Below, in pieces: positions 26,094-34,828 of a stretch of 64,000 nucleotides of DNA; the first letter of the stretch is position 1, and each line of letters opens with the position of its first letter. The stretch is from Gaiellales bacterium. GTDB lineage: Bacteria > Actinomycetota > Thermoleophilia > Gaiellales > JAICJC01. The stretch is taken from NCBI GenBank assembly GCA_038212095.1, contig JBBQUW010000007.1, positions 49,945 to 113,944 of the forward strand, given 5' to 3'. Under the pieces are notes generated by a model. It searched no databases. It saw only the letters and a program-made list of their open reading frames with translations, and was not told where the DNA came from. The translations under genes and the position numbers were made by a program.

Positions 26094-28571
26094 ATGTCCG
26101 TCCCGAAGCCCTCTCCCCAGCCGGTCCGACGTCGCATCCGTGCGACGGCGATGACGCGCGTGGTCGTTGCAGGCGTTGCGGCGTTCGACATCGCGGCACA
26201 CCCTTTCGCAGGTGTTCATGGCGTGGCCGTCGGCGGCCTGGCGGCGATTCTGTTGGCGGCATCCGCAGCCCAGTTCGCGCGTCCCCACGCGATCCGACTG
26301 GCGCGGGGAGTGGCCCAGATCGACCTGATTATTGCCGCCGCGCTTCTCTGGACGCTCGACCACGACTTTCACCGGCATGTGTTCTGGGTCGCCGTCATGG
26401 CGCTGGCGGAGGTAGCGGCTGTGCTCGGCCGCCGCTGGATGCTCCCGGCGCTGGCCGTGATCCTGTCGTCGTACCTGCTGCTCGAGGCCGCCCGGCCCGG
26501 CCGCGATGTGCTGATGGCATCGGCACGCGTGGGCGTAGCGACCGTCTTCACCGTCGTTGCCTACGTCGTGCTGCGCCGCCTCGGCGGGCGGGACGAACGG
26601 CTGCGACGCGTGCAGGCCGACGTGGTCGAGGCACGGCGAGCGGCCGACGAGATCCGCGCCAGCGAGCAGCGGCACCGCGCCATGGTCGAGGAGGTACCGG
26701 TCGTCAGCTATCGCGTGGATGCCGTCACCCGGCGTCTCGACTACGTCTCGCCGCAGCTCGAGGCCGTGTTCGGCCACGCGGTCGAGCGTTGGCTCGAGGC
26801 CGGCCTGTGGCAGGAGTGGGTGCACCCGGACGACCGTGTCCGCGTCGCGGGTGCGTGGTCCGCTCGCGCCGGAGATCCCTCGCCGTCAACGCTCGAGTAC
26901 CGGCTGATCACCGGCCAACACCGCATCGTCTGGGTTGTCGACCGCGACCAGGCGGTCTGCGACGATGCTGGGCGCGTCGTGGCGCGGCACGGCGTGCTGG
27001 TGGACATCACGGAGCGGCGAGCGGCCGAGGCCGCCACACGTCGCAGTGAGCAGAACTTCCGTTTGCTGGCCGAGCACGCGCCGATCGGCATCTTCCGGGT
27101 CGATCCGGCCGGCCGGCACCGGTACGCGAACGACTGCGCGTGCGCGATTGCCGGCACCAGTACCGAGCAGCTGCGCCAACAAGGCTGGTTCCCGTCGATT
27201 CACGACGATGACCGCGTGCGCGTGCTGGCTGCGTGGGAACGGGCCGGCTCTGGCATCGAACCGATTGAGATGGCGTATCGCTTCCAGCGTCCGGACGGTG
27301 AGGTGCGGTGGGTGGAGACGCTGGCGGTGCCGTTGCTGGACGGCGACGGCAGCCTGATCGGATATCAGGGGACGATCAGCGACATCACCGAACGGCATGC
27401 CGCGGAGGAGGCGCTGCGCGCCAGCGAGCAGCGCTATCGGCTGCTGGCCGATCGCGCTCCAGTCGGCATTTTCGAGGTCGATCCGACACGCGGCGCGCGG
27501 TACGCCAATCCGCGTAATCTGGAGATCGCCGGAATGAGCGAGGAGCGGTTCCGGCAGGATGGCCTGCTGCCGCACATCCATCCCGACGACCGCGGGGCCG
27601 TCCTCGGGGAGTGGACGCGGACGGCCGATTCGGACGAGGGATTCGACTTGCAGTGCCGGCTGATGCACCCCGATGGCGGTTTGCGCTGGGTACGGCTGAA
27701 CGCGGCCGGGCTACCCGATCAGGGCGGCTACCTGGGCGTGATGATCGACGTCACCGAGGAGCATCGGGCTGGAGAGGCGTTGCGCTCGTCCGAGCAGCGG
27801 CTGCGCGACGTGTTCGACACCGTCGACCTGCTGGCGACGATCACGACGGTGGACGGGAAGATCGCCTACATCAACGAGGCGCTGGCGGCCAGCGTCGGCC
27901 GTACCGCCGAGGAGCTGGTCGGACACGACTGGATCGAGACGTTGAGCGCCGACGCTGACGCTTCGGTGGTCGAGTACTTCTATAGCGAGCTGCGGGCGGG
28001 GCGGATCGTTCGGCACGACGAGAACTCGATCGAGACCGACGATGGCCGGGTGCGGCTGATCGCCTGGAGCAATACGATCCTATGCAACAGCGACGGAAGC
28101 GTGTTCGGCGCCGCCAGCATTGGCGAGGACGTGACCGAGCAGCGCGCTGCAGCGGCCGCGCTTCGCGATAGCGAGGAGCGTTTTCGCACGTTGTCGGAGC
28201 TGGCGCCGGTCGGTATCTTCCGCACTGATTCCGTTGGCGGCTTGGTGTACGTGAACGAGCACTGGTCGCAGATCACGGGGCTGCCACTCGAGCAGGCGGC
28301 CGGGCGGGAGTGGACGATCGCACTGCATCCTGACGACCTCACAGGCGTTTCCGCCGAGTGGACACGGGCAGCGGCCGCCGGCGAGCGGTTCTCGATGGAG
28401 CGTCGATTCCAGCATGCGGACGGCTCCGAGGTGTGGGTGCATGTGACAGCCGTCGCGCTGCGCGACCGCAGCGGTGCGATCGAGGGCTACCTGGGCACGA
28501 CCGTTGACGTAACCCTCGGCTGGCCGGAGCGCGGGCGATCGTCGAGTCCGAGCGGCGGCTGCGGACGCTAA
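26094..28571 (+). CDS. Membrane-anchored multi-PAS sensor, N-terminal part of a split PAS-GGDEF gene
   Basis: About 190 aa of TM segments, then five PAS units joined by recurring linkers (D-I/V-T-E-x-R-x-A-E-x-A-L-R-x-S-E-x-R-x-R-L-L). The ORF ends 20 codons after DVT in out-of-pattern sequence. Start is 26094 or ATG26151. Confidence 0.8.
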   Translation: MSVPKPSPQPVRRRIRATAMTRVVVAGVAAFDIAAHPFAGVHGVAVGGLAAILLAASAAQFARPHAIRLARGVAQIDLIIAAALLWTLDHDFHRHVFWVAVMALAEVAAVLGRRWMLPALAVILSSYLLLEAARPGRDVLMASARVGVATVFTVVAYVVLRRLGGRDERLRRVQADVVEARRAADEIRASEQRHRAMVEEVPVVSYRVDAVTRRLDYVSPQLEAVFGHAVERWLEAGLWQEWVHPDDRVRVAGAWSARAGDPSPSTLEYRLITGQHRIVWVVDRDQAVCDDAGRVVARHGVLVDITERRAAEAATRRSEQNFRLLAEHAPIGIFRVDPAGRHRYANDCACAIAGTSTEQLRQQGWFPSIHDDDRVRVLAAWERAGSGIEPIEMAYRFQRPDGEVRWVETLAVPLLDGDGSLIGYQGTISDITERHAAEEALRASEQRYRLLADRAPVGIFEVDPTRGARYANPRNLEIAGMSEERFRQDGLLPHIHPDDRGAVLGEWTRTADSDEGFDLQCRLMHPDGGLRWVRLNAAGLPDQGGYLGVMIDVTEEHRAGEALRSSEQRLRDVFDTVDLLATITTVDGKIAYINEALAASVGRTAEELVGHDWIETLSADADASVVEYFYSELRAGRIVRHDENSIETDDGRVRLIAWSNTILCNSDGSVFGAASIGEDVTEQRAAAAALRDSEERFRTLSELAPVGIFRTDSVGGLVYVNEHWSQITGLPLEQAAGREWTIALHPDDLTGVSAEWTRAAAAGERFSMERRFQHADGSEVWVHVTAVALRDRSGAIEGYLGTTVDVTLGWPERGRSSSPSGGCGR

Positions 28572-28579
28572 CCGAGAAC

Positions 28580-29809
28580 ATGGCGGACGTGATCTTCGTG
28601 TACGGCATGGATCGCCGGCTGCAGTACGTGACGCCGTCATTCGAGGAGCTGACGGGCTTCACTGTCGAGGAGCTGTACCAGCGCAACTTTGTCGATGACG
28701 TACACCCCGAGGACGCTGCCGGCATGCGCACGCTGTGGCGTGGGCTGTTTGACGGCGAGAGCTACTCCGGCGCGGAGTTTCGCATCATCAACCGTGACGG
28801 CACCGAGAAGTGGTGCTGGAGCGCCGGCAGTCCGATTCTCGACGAGAGCGGCGGCCAGATCGGCGTGCAGATCCGTGATGCCGACATCAGCGGCCTCAAG
28901 CGAGCCGAGCAGCGCCTGCGCGAGAGCGAGGAGAGGGCGCGCTCGATCATCGAGACGACCAGCGACGCGTACCTGGCCGCCGACGAGCGGGGCGTCGTGC
29001 TGGAGTGGAACCGCGCGGCGGAGCGCCTCTTTGGCCATGGGCGAGAGGAGGCGCTGGGCTACTCGCTGGTCGACCTGGTCGCAGCGGGCCAGGCACGAGA
29101 GAAGCTGACCGAGGCGATCGGCCGGGGCCGAGCGGTGACGATCGAGCTGGCGGCACGCCACCGCGACGCAGGCGAGTTCCCGGCCGAGCTGACGCTGTGG
29201 CAGGTCGACCTGGCCGGCGCGCGGACGTTGAACGTGTTCGCCCGCGACATCACCGAGCGCAGGCTTCGTGAGGAGCAGGTCACGTTCATGGCCTACCACG
29301 ACAAGCTGACGGGGCTGCCGAATCGGGCGATGTTCGAGCAGCATCTGGAGCTGGTGCTGGTGCGCGCGCGGCACGACGGCAACGCCGCCGGTGTGCTCTA
29401 CATGGACGTCGATCGCTTCAAGCTGGTGAACGACACGTTCGGACACGAGGCCGGCGACGATCTGCTTCGCGAGGTCGCGGCGCGGCTGCGAAAGGCGGCC
29501 CGCTCGGGCGATCTGGTCGTGCGTCTGGGAGGCGACGAGTTCGTGCTGGTGCTGGGCGACCTGCCCGCCGCGCTCGCGGCGTCGGTGGCGGCCAACGTTG
29601 CCGCCCGCGTGCAGGAGGCGTTCGCAGCACCGTTCCAGCTTGCCGGGCAGCCCTTCCAGACGACCGCCAGCATCGGCGTCGCGCTGTTCCCGGACGATGC
29701 CATCGATGCAAAGAGCCTCGTCACCGCGGCGGACAGCGGCATGTACATCAGCAAGCGCGCCGGCCCCGGTCGCACCTCGTTCGCGCTCGGCAGTCGCCAC
29801 GCCGCCTAG
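28580..29809 (+). CDS. PAS-PAS-GGDEF diguanylate cyclase, C-terminal part of the split gene
   Basis: Two PAS units, then GGDEF (YHDKLTGLPNR, RLGGDEFVLVL). The same frame is open back to the stop at 28505-28507 and encodes the missing linker ARAIVESERRLRTLTEN ahead of ATG28580. Confidence 0.85.
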   Translation: MADVIFVYGMDRRLQYVTPSFEELTGFTVEELYQRNFVDDVHPEDAAGMRTLWRGLFDGESYSGAEFRIINRDGTEKWCWSAGSPILDESGGQIGVQIRDADISGLKRAEQRLRESEERARSIIETTSDAYLAADERGVVLEWNRAAERLFGHGREEALGYSLVDLVAAGQAREKLTEAIGRGRAVTIELAARHRDAGEFPAELTLWQVDLAGARTLNVFARDITERRLREEQVTFMAYHDKLTGLPNRAMFEQHLELVLVRARHDGNAAGVLYMDVDRFKLVNDTFGHEAGDDLLREVAARLRKAARSGDLVVRLGGDEFVLVLGDLPAALAASVAANVAARVQEAFAAPFQLAGQPFQTTASIGVALFPDDAIDAKSLVTAADSGMYISKRAGPGRTSFALGSRHAA

Positions 29810-29884
29810 CCGCTCTGCTGCCCGCGCCGGCCCGTCCGACCGGCCGGTAGACTGTCGGCGACCGTTGACGACCGAGAGGACGCC

Positions 29885-29977
29885 GTGACCGACAGATCGA
29901 CCTCCCGCTGGTGGGTGGTGCTCACAGTGACGACGCTCGTGCTGCTGCTCGCCCTGATGGTCTACGTCAGCAAGTAA
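29885..29977 (+). CDS. Candidate 30-aa single-TM micro-protein
   Basis: GTG29885 is preceded by GAGAGGA at 4-nt spacing. It encodes (M)TDRSTSRWWVVLTVTTLVLLLALMVYVSK then TAA. Too short for the ORF track, and it ends 2 nt before the proposed ALDH start. Confidence 0.4.
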   Translation: MTDRSTSRWWVVLTVTTLVLLLALMVYVSK

Positions 29978-29979
29978 CC

Positions 29980-31389
29980 TTGACCGACTCCAGCACGGTG
30001 GTGGAGGGCGCCGAGATCGTGAGCCGCAATCCGGCCCATCCTGACGACGTGGTGGCCCGTTTCGCGCCGGCCGGCGGCATCGACGTGGATCGCGCCGTGC
30101 AGCACGCCGCGTCCGCCGCCCGTGAGTATCGGGTGCTGCCGGCGGCTGAACGTGCCGACATGCTGTCCCGTGCTGCCGATGCTGTGGCGGCCGAGGCCGC
30201 CGACCTCTCCCAGCTGATCTGCCGCGAGGTGGGCAAACCGATCACCGAAGCGCGCGGCGAGGTCGTCCGGGCGGTGGCGATTCTGCGCTTCTTCGCACAG
30301 GTCTGCCTCGACCCCGAGGGTGAGTCCTACCCGGCCTCCGACGCGCGCTCGCTGCTGGTCACGCGCCGCGCGCCGCGGGGCGTGGTCGGCCTGATCACGC
30401 CCTGGAACTTCCCGCTCGCGATCCCCGTGTGGAAGCTCGCTCCGGCGCTTGCGTACGGCAACGCCTGTGTCTGGAAGCCGTCCCAGCTGGCCCCGGCATG
30501 CGCCGCGCGGCTGGATGCTCTGCTCGCGGCGGTGCTGCCGGAGAACGTTGTTCAGCTGGTGCAGGGCGACGGCGAGACCGGCTCGGCGCTGGTGGCGCAC
30601 CCGCACGTGGCCGCCGTCTCGTTCACCGGCTCCGAGCGGGTTGGTCGATCGGTCGCCGTGCGGCTGGCCGAGCGGGGCGCCGCCGCCCAGTGTGAGATGG
30701 GGGGCCAGAACGCAGCGATTGTCCTGAAGGATGCCGACCTCGAGGCGGCGGCGGCGATGGTGGCGTGGGCGGCGATGGGCTACGCGGGTCAGAAGTGCAC
30801 GGCGACCAGCCGGATACTGTGCGAGCGCCAGGTGCTCGACGCGATGCGCGATGCGGTCGTGGCGGCGGTGGAGCGCCTGGTGGTGGTGGGACCGACGGAC
30901 GAGGCCTGTCAGGTCGGCCCGCTGATCTCGAGCGGTGCCCGCGACGCGGCCCTGGCCGCGGTCGACCGCGCCCGCTCGGCCGGTGGCCGGGTGCTGGTGG
31001 GAGGGACGGCGGTCGCAGAAGTGGGCAGCTACATGCAGCCGACCGTGGTCGAGCTCGAGGACGCGACCGCCGAGCTTGCCCAGGAGGAGGTGTTCGCGCC
31101 GGTCTGCGCGCTCCTTTCGGCTGACGACGCCGATCATGCCGCCGAGATCGCGAGCGGCGTGCGCCAGGGGCTCTCGACCGCCGTCTACACGCGCGATCTC
31201 GATCGCGTGCTGGCTCTCACCAGAGCGCTCGACACGGGCCTCGTCCGCGTCAACCAGCCCACCTCAGGCGTCGATCTGCACGTGCCGTTTGGCGGCGAGA
31301 AGGCGTCAGGCTACGGCCCGCGCGAGCAGGGCCGGGCGGCGCGCGAGTTCTACACCACCACCCGCACGGTGCTGATCTCGCCCTCCTGA
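29980..31389 (+). CDS. NAD(P)-dependent aldehyde dehydrogenase
   Basis: FTGSERVG, EMGGQNAAIV (Glu) and GYAGQKCTATSRIL (Cys). Start uncertain among TTG29980, GTG29998 and ORF-track GTG29911; the latter overlaps the micro-ORF and adds non-homologous residues. Confidence 0.85.
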   Translation: MTDSSTVVEGAEIVSRNPAHPDDVVARFAPAGGIDVDRAVQHAASAAREYRVLPAAERADMLSRAADAVAAEAADLSQLICREVGKPITEARGEVVRAVAILRFFAQVCLDPEGESYPASDARSLLVTRRAPRGVVGLITPWNFPLAIPVWKLAPALAYGNACVWKPSQLAPACAARLDALLAAVLPENVVQLVQGDGETGSALVAHPHVAAVSFTGSERVGRSVAVRLAERGAAAQCEMGGQNAAIVLKDADLEAAAAMVAWAAMGYAGQKCTATSRILCERQVLDAMRDAVVAAVERLVVVGPTDEACQVGPLISSGARDAALAAVDRARSAGGRVLVGGTAVAEVGSYMQPTVVELEDATAELAQEEVFAPVCALLSADDADHAAEIASGVRQGLSTAVYTRDLDRVLALTRALDTGLVRVNQPTSGVDLHVPFGGEKASGYGPREQGRAAREFYTTTRTVLISPS

Positions 31390-31424
31390 TACTATTCGTC
31401 ACCAGGTCTATAAGGGAGACCGGC

Positions 31425-32126
31425 GTGACGAGTACCAGTGAGAATCCCAAGGTGGCAGCGGACGTGGCCGCGTTTGCCTACCTGGATGGTGCGATGCAGG
31501 TGCTGTTGGTACGGCGCCGGTTCGAGCCGTACGAGAGTTACTGGGCGCTGCCCGGCGGCGGCCTCGACCCGGGAGAGACGCTGGAGCAGGCTGCCGAGCG
31601 CGAGCTGCGCGAGGAGACCGGTGTGACCGACGCGTTCACCGAGCAGCTGGCGACCTTCTCGGAGCTCGATCGCGATCCCCGCGGGCGCGTCATCTCGTGC
31701 TGCTACATGGCGCTGGTGGACGCGGCTCGGGTCACCCTCCGCCCTGGCTCCGACTCACGTGAGGCGGTCTGGCGTCGGCTCGATCCGCTGCTCGGCGAGA
31801 TAGAGCACGGGCCGGTGCTGGCCTTCGACCACGATCGCATCCTGCAGTACGCCCGTCGCCGTCTGGCACACAAGCTCGAGTACCAGAACGTGGCCTGGAG
31901 CCTGCTGCCGGAGTCGTTCACGATGACCGAGCTGCGCCACGTCTACGAGGCCGGGATCGGCCGCGCCTTCGAACCCAACAACTTTCGCCGGATCGCACTC
32001 GGCTGGGGCGTGCTGGCCGAGGCCGGGGAACGGGCCACCGGCGGCCGGCCGGCCACGCTGTACCGCTACGCCGAACGGCAGCCGATGATCCTGGCCGAGA
32101 GTGCACGCTATCGACGGGCGACGTGA
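31425..32126 (+). CDS. nrtR: NrtR-type Nudix-related transcriptional regulator of NAD metabolism
   Basis: Nudix box GGGLDPGETLEQAAERELREETG plus a C-terminal winged-helix region (FTMTELRHVYEAGIGRAFEPNNFRR...GGRPATLYRY). Directly precedes NAD salvage genes. AAGGGAG Shine-Dalgarno before GTG31425. Confidence 0.75.
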   Translation: MTSTSENPKVAADVAAFAYLDGAMQVLLVRRRFEPYESYWALPGGGLDPGETLEQAAERELREETGVTDAFTEQLATFSELDRDPRGRVISCCYMALVDAARVTLRPGSDSREAVWRRLDPLLGEIEHGPVLAFDHDRILQYARRRLAHKLEYQNVAWSLLPESFTMTELRHVYEAGIGRAFEPNNFRRIALGWGVLAEAGERATGGRPATLYRYAERQPMILAESARYRRAT

Positions 32127-33427
32127 TGCGACCGATCCCACGCGAGCTGCTGCTCGACGAGTACCAGCTGACGATGGCCGACTCCTACCTCGCACGGGGC
32201 ATCGCCGACGATCGCGTCGCCTGCGAGCTGTTCGTGCGGGAGCTGCCCGCTGACCGCGGCTACCTGATCGCGGCCGGACTGGAGAGCGTGGTCGAGTACC
32301 TGACGGAGCTGCGTTTCCACGACCCGGCACTGCGCTACCTGGAGCGGACAGGCCGCGTCAGCCCGCAGCTGATCGAGCATCTCGCCGAGATCCGCTTCGA
32401 GGGTGACCTGGATGCGATGCCGGAGGGTTCGGTGGTGTACGCACACGAGCCGCTGCTGCGGGTGGAGGGTGGGCGGATGGTCTGCCAGCTGGCCGAGTCG
32501 CTGATCGTGAACCAGGTCAACTTCCAGACGCTGATCACGAGCAAGGCCGCGCGAGCGGTCGACGCGGCCGCCGGCCGGCAGGTGGTCGACTTCGGCTTCC
32601 GACGCGCCCACGGGAGCGAAGCCGGACTGCTCGCTGCCCGCTGCGCGTACATCGGCGGCTGCTCGGCAACCGCCACGGTCGCCGCCGGGTTCGAGTGGGG
32701 TATCCCGACCACCGGCACGATGGCCCACAGCTACGTGATGGCGAGCGAGCGGGAGCTGGACTCGTTCGTTGCCTTCCTTGGCGACCAGCCAGAGCGGGCG
32801 ACGCTGCTGATCGACACCTACGACACGGTGCGCGGCGCGGACAACGCGATCGCCGCCTGGCGGGCCACCGGTGTGCGCCCGCAGGCGGTGCGGCTCGACT
32901 CCGGCGACGTCGAGGCTCTGGCTGGCACGGTGCGAACGATGCTGGATCGAGCCGGACTGACCGATACGGGGATCGTCTGCTCAGGCGATCTGGACGAATA
33001 TGCGATCGAGCGGCTGGTCACAGCCGGGGCGCCGATTGACGTGTTCGGGGTGGGAACACGGCTGGTCACGGGCGGTGACGTCCCGGCGCTGGGCGGCGTC
33101 TACAAGCTCGTCGAGAGCGCTGGGCGGCCGGTGATGAAGACGTCGCCTGAGAAGGGGACGCTGCCCGGCCGACACCAGGTGTTCCGCGACGGTGAGCGCG
33201 ATGTGATCGGCCTGGTCGACGAGCAGCTTCCAGGGCGGCCGCTGCTGGAGCCGGTGATGCGCGACGGGCGTGCGCTGCGGCCCGGCCCGTCGCTGGCTGC
33301 GGTGCGTAACCGTGCCTTGGCCGAGCGGCAGGCACTACCCCAGCCGACCCGCTGGCTGCGTGATCCCGCTACCGTGCGGGCGACGCTGTCGCCTGCCCTG
33401 GCGGCGTTGAAGGAGACGCTGACGTGA
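32123..33427 (+). CDS. pncB: Nicotinate phosphoribosyltransferase
   Basis: LLLDEYQLTMADSYL N-terminus, the TGTMAHSYVM motif and family-typical length (434 aa). Start overlaps the nrtR stop. Confidence 0.85.
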   Translation: MMRPIPRELLLDEYQLTMADSYLARGIADDRVACELFVRELPADRGYLIAAGLESVVEYLTELRFHDPALRYLERTGRVSPQLIEHLAEIRFEGDLDAMPEGSVVYAHEPLLRVEGGRMVCQLAESLIVNQVNFQTLITSKAARAVDAAAGRQVVDFGFRRAHGSEAGLLAARCAYIGGCSATATVAAGFEWGIPTTGTMAHSYVMASERELDSFVAFLGDQPERATLLIDTYDTVRGADNAIAAWRATGVRPQAVRLDSGDVEALAGTVRTMLDRAGLTDTGIVCSGDLDEYAIERLVTAGAPIDVFGVGTRLVTGGDVPALGGVYKLVESAGRPVMKTSPEKGTLPGRHQVFRDGERDVIGLVDEQLPGRPLLEPVMRDGRALRPGPSLAAVRNRALAERQALPQPTRWLRDPATVRATLSPALAALKETLT

Positions 33428-34755
33428 CCGCACCCGACCCCACCACCGCGCTGATCGTCGTCGACGTTCAGAACGATTTCTGCACCGGCGGGGCGCTGGC
33501 GGTTGCGGGTGGCGATCGGCTCGCGGCCGTGATCTCCGCGGCGGCGGCGACGGCCGGGACGCTGGTCGCGACGCGCGACGTCCACCCCCCGGACCACTGC
33601 TCGTTCGACGAGCGGGGAGGGCGCTGGCCGCGCCACTGCATCAATGGCAGCGAGGGCGCGGAGCTGCATCCCTCGCTCTCGTCGCTGCGATTCGACATCG
33701 TGCAGGACAAGGGTGGCCGGCGTGACAGCGAGCAGTACTCCGGCTTCGACGACACACCGCTGGCCGGGCAGCTTCGGGAGCGCGGTGTGCGGCGCGTGCT
33801 CGTCGCCGGCATCTCGACCGACTACTGCGTGCGTGCCACGGCGCTGGACGCGATCCGCGAGGGGTTCGAGACGACGGTGCTGACAGACGCCGTTGCCGCG
33901 GTGGTTCCGGCGGACGGCGATCGCGCACTGATCGAGATTCGAGCCGCGGGCGGCCGGCTCGATCGCGTCCGGCTGATGCGTGACGAGACGCAGCTCGCGC
34001 CGCTGCTGGAGGAGAAGGCGGGCGCGCTACGCTCGATCGTTGCGGCGGCCGGCCGCAGCCGTGTCGTGATCGGGCTCTCGGGCGGAATCGACTCGGCCGT
34101 CGCGCTGGCGATCGCGGCCCTCGCGCTGGGCCCCGAGCAGGTGACGGCGATCAGGCTGCCATCGCGGCACACTGAGCAGGTGCACCTGGACGACGCCGCC
34201 GCCAGCGCTGCGGCCGCCGGCCTACCGGCCGCCAACCTGCTGACGGCATCGATCGAGCCGATGCTTCAGGGAGTCGCCGCCGTGCGGCCGACGGTGCACG
34301 AGCAGCCGCTGCGTTTCGGCAACGCCAGCGCTCGCTGCCGCATGATCGCGATCTACGATCTGGCGCAGCAACTGGACGGGCTGGTGGTCGGCACGGAGAA
34401 CCGCAGCGAGTACCACCTCGGCTACTTCACGCGCTTCGGCGACGCAGCTTCCGACATCGAGCCGATCTGGGATCTGTACAAGACCGAGGTGCGGGCAGCG
34501 GCACGCGCACTCGGTCAGCCGGACTCGGTGATCTCCAAGCATCCCACTGCGGGGCTGTGGGGAGGACAGACCGACGAGGATGAGCTCGGCTTCAGCTACC
34601 GCGAGGCCGATCTGGTCATGATCTGCATGGAGCAGCTGGGGTTGACGGCCGAGCAGACCCACGAGCGCACCGGCGTTGCTCTTGACGTGGTCGCGCGGGT
34701 GGCGGATCGCGTCGCCGCGGTGCTGTGGAAGCATCACGTGCCGCACACCCTGTAG
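33424..34755 (+). CDS. nadE: Fusion protein: nicotinamidase (PncA, isochorismatase fold) plus NH3-dependent NAD+ synthetase (NadE)
   Basis: Residues ~1-185 give ALIVVDVQNDF, VQDKG and ISTDYCV (the Asp/Lys/Cys triad context of PncA). Residues ~200-443 give the PP-loop GLSGGIDSAV and GTENRSEYHLGYFTRFGD of NadE. A single uninterrupted ORF. GTG33424 overlaps the pncB stop. Confidence 0.8.
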   Translation: MTAPDPTTALIVVDVQNDFCTGGALAVAGGDRLAAVISAAAATAGTLVATRDVHPPDHCSFDERGGRWPRHCINGSEGAELHPSLSSLRFDIVQDKGGRRDSEQYSGFDDTPLAGQLRERGVRRVLVAGISTDYCVRATALDAIREGFETTVLTDAVAAVVPADGDRALIEIRAAGGRLDRVRLMRDETQLAPLLEEKAGALRSIVAAAGRSRVVIGLSGGIDSAVALAIAALALGPEQVTAIRLPSRHTEQVHLDDAAASAAAAGLPAANLLTASIEPMLQGVAAVRPTVHEQPLRFGNASARCRMIAIYDLAQQLDGLVVGTENRSEYHLGYFTRFGDAASDIEPIWDLYKTEVRAAARALGQPDSVISKHPTAGLWGGQTDEDELGFSYREADLVMICMEQLGLTAEQTHERTGVALDVVARVADRVAAVLWKHHVPHTL

Positions 34756-34777
34756 CGGCTTGCCGTCAACCAAACAG

Positions 34778-34805
34778 CGGCGGCCCCCTCGCAAGGGGGC
34801 CGCCG
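34778..34805. terminator. Bidirectional intrinsic terminator between convergent genes
   Basis: 12-bp GC-rich stem CGGCGGCCCCCT / AGGGGGCCGCCG with loop CGCA, followed by GTGGTTCTTC. Lies between stops at 34755 (+) and 34829 (-). Confidence 0.7.
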
Positions 34806-34828
34806 GTGGTTCTTCACTGCTGCGCGGG

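Noticed and set aside
29911-29979. ORF-track start (GTG29911) for the second aldehyde dehydrogenase.
   Set aside because: The added ~23 residues do not resemble ALDH N-termini, and they overlap a micro-ORF that has a much better Shine-Dalgarno. A downstream TTG/GTG start is preferred, but the choice remains uncertain.
31390-31424. NrtR operator in the short gap before the nrtR-like gene.
   Set aside because: No inverted repeat of 5 bp or more is present in 31380-31430. A site may lie further upstream within or before the ALDH gene, and I could not identify one.
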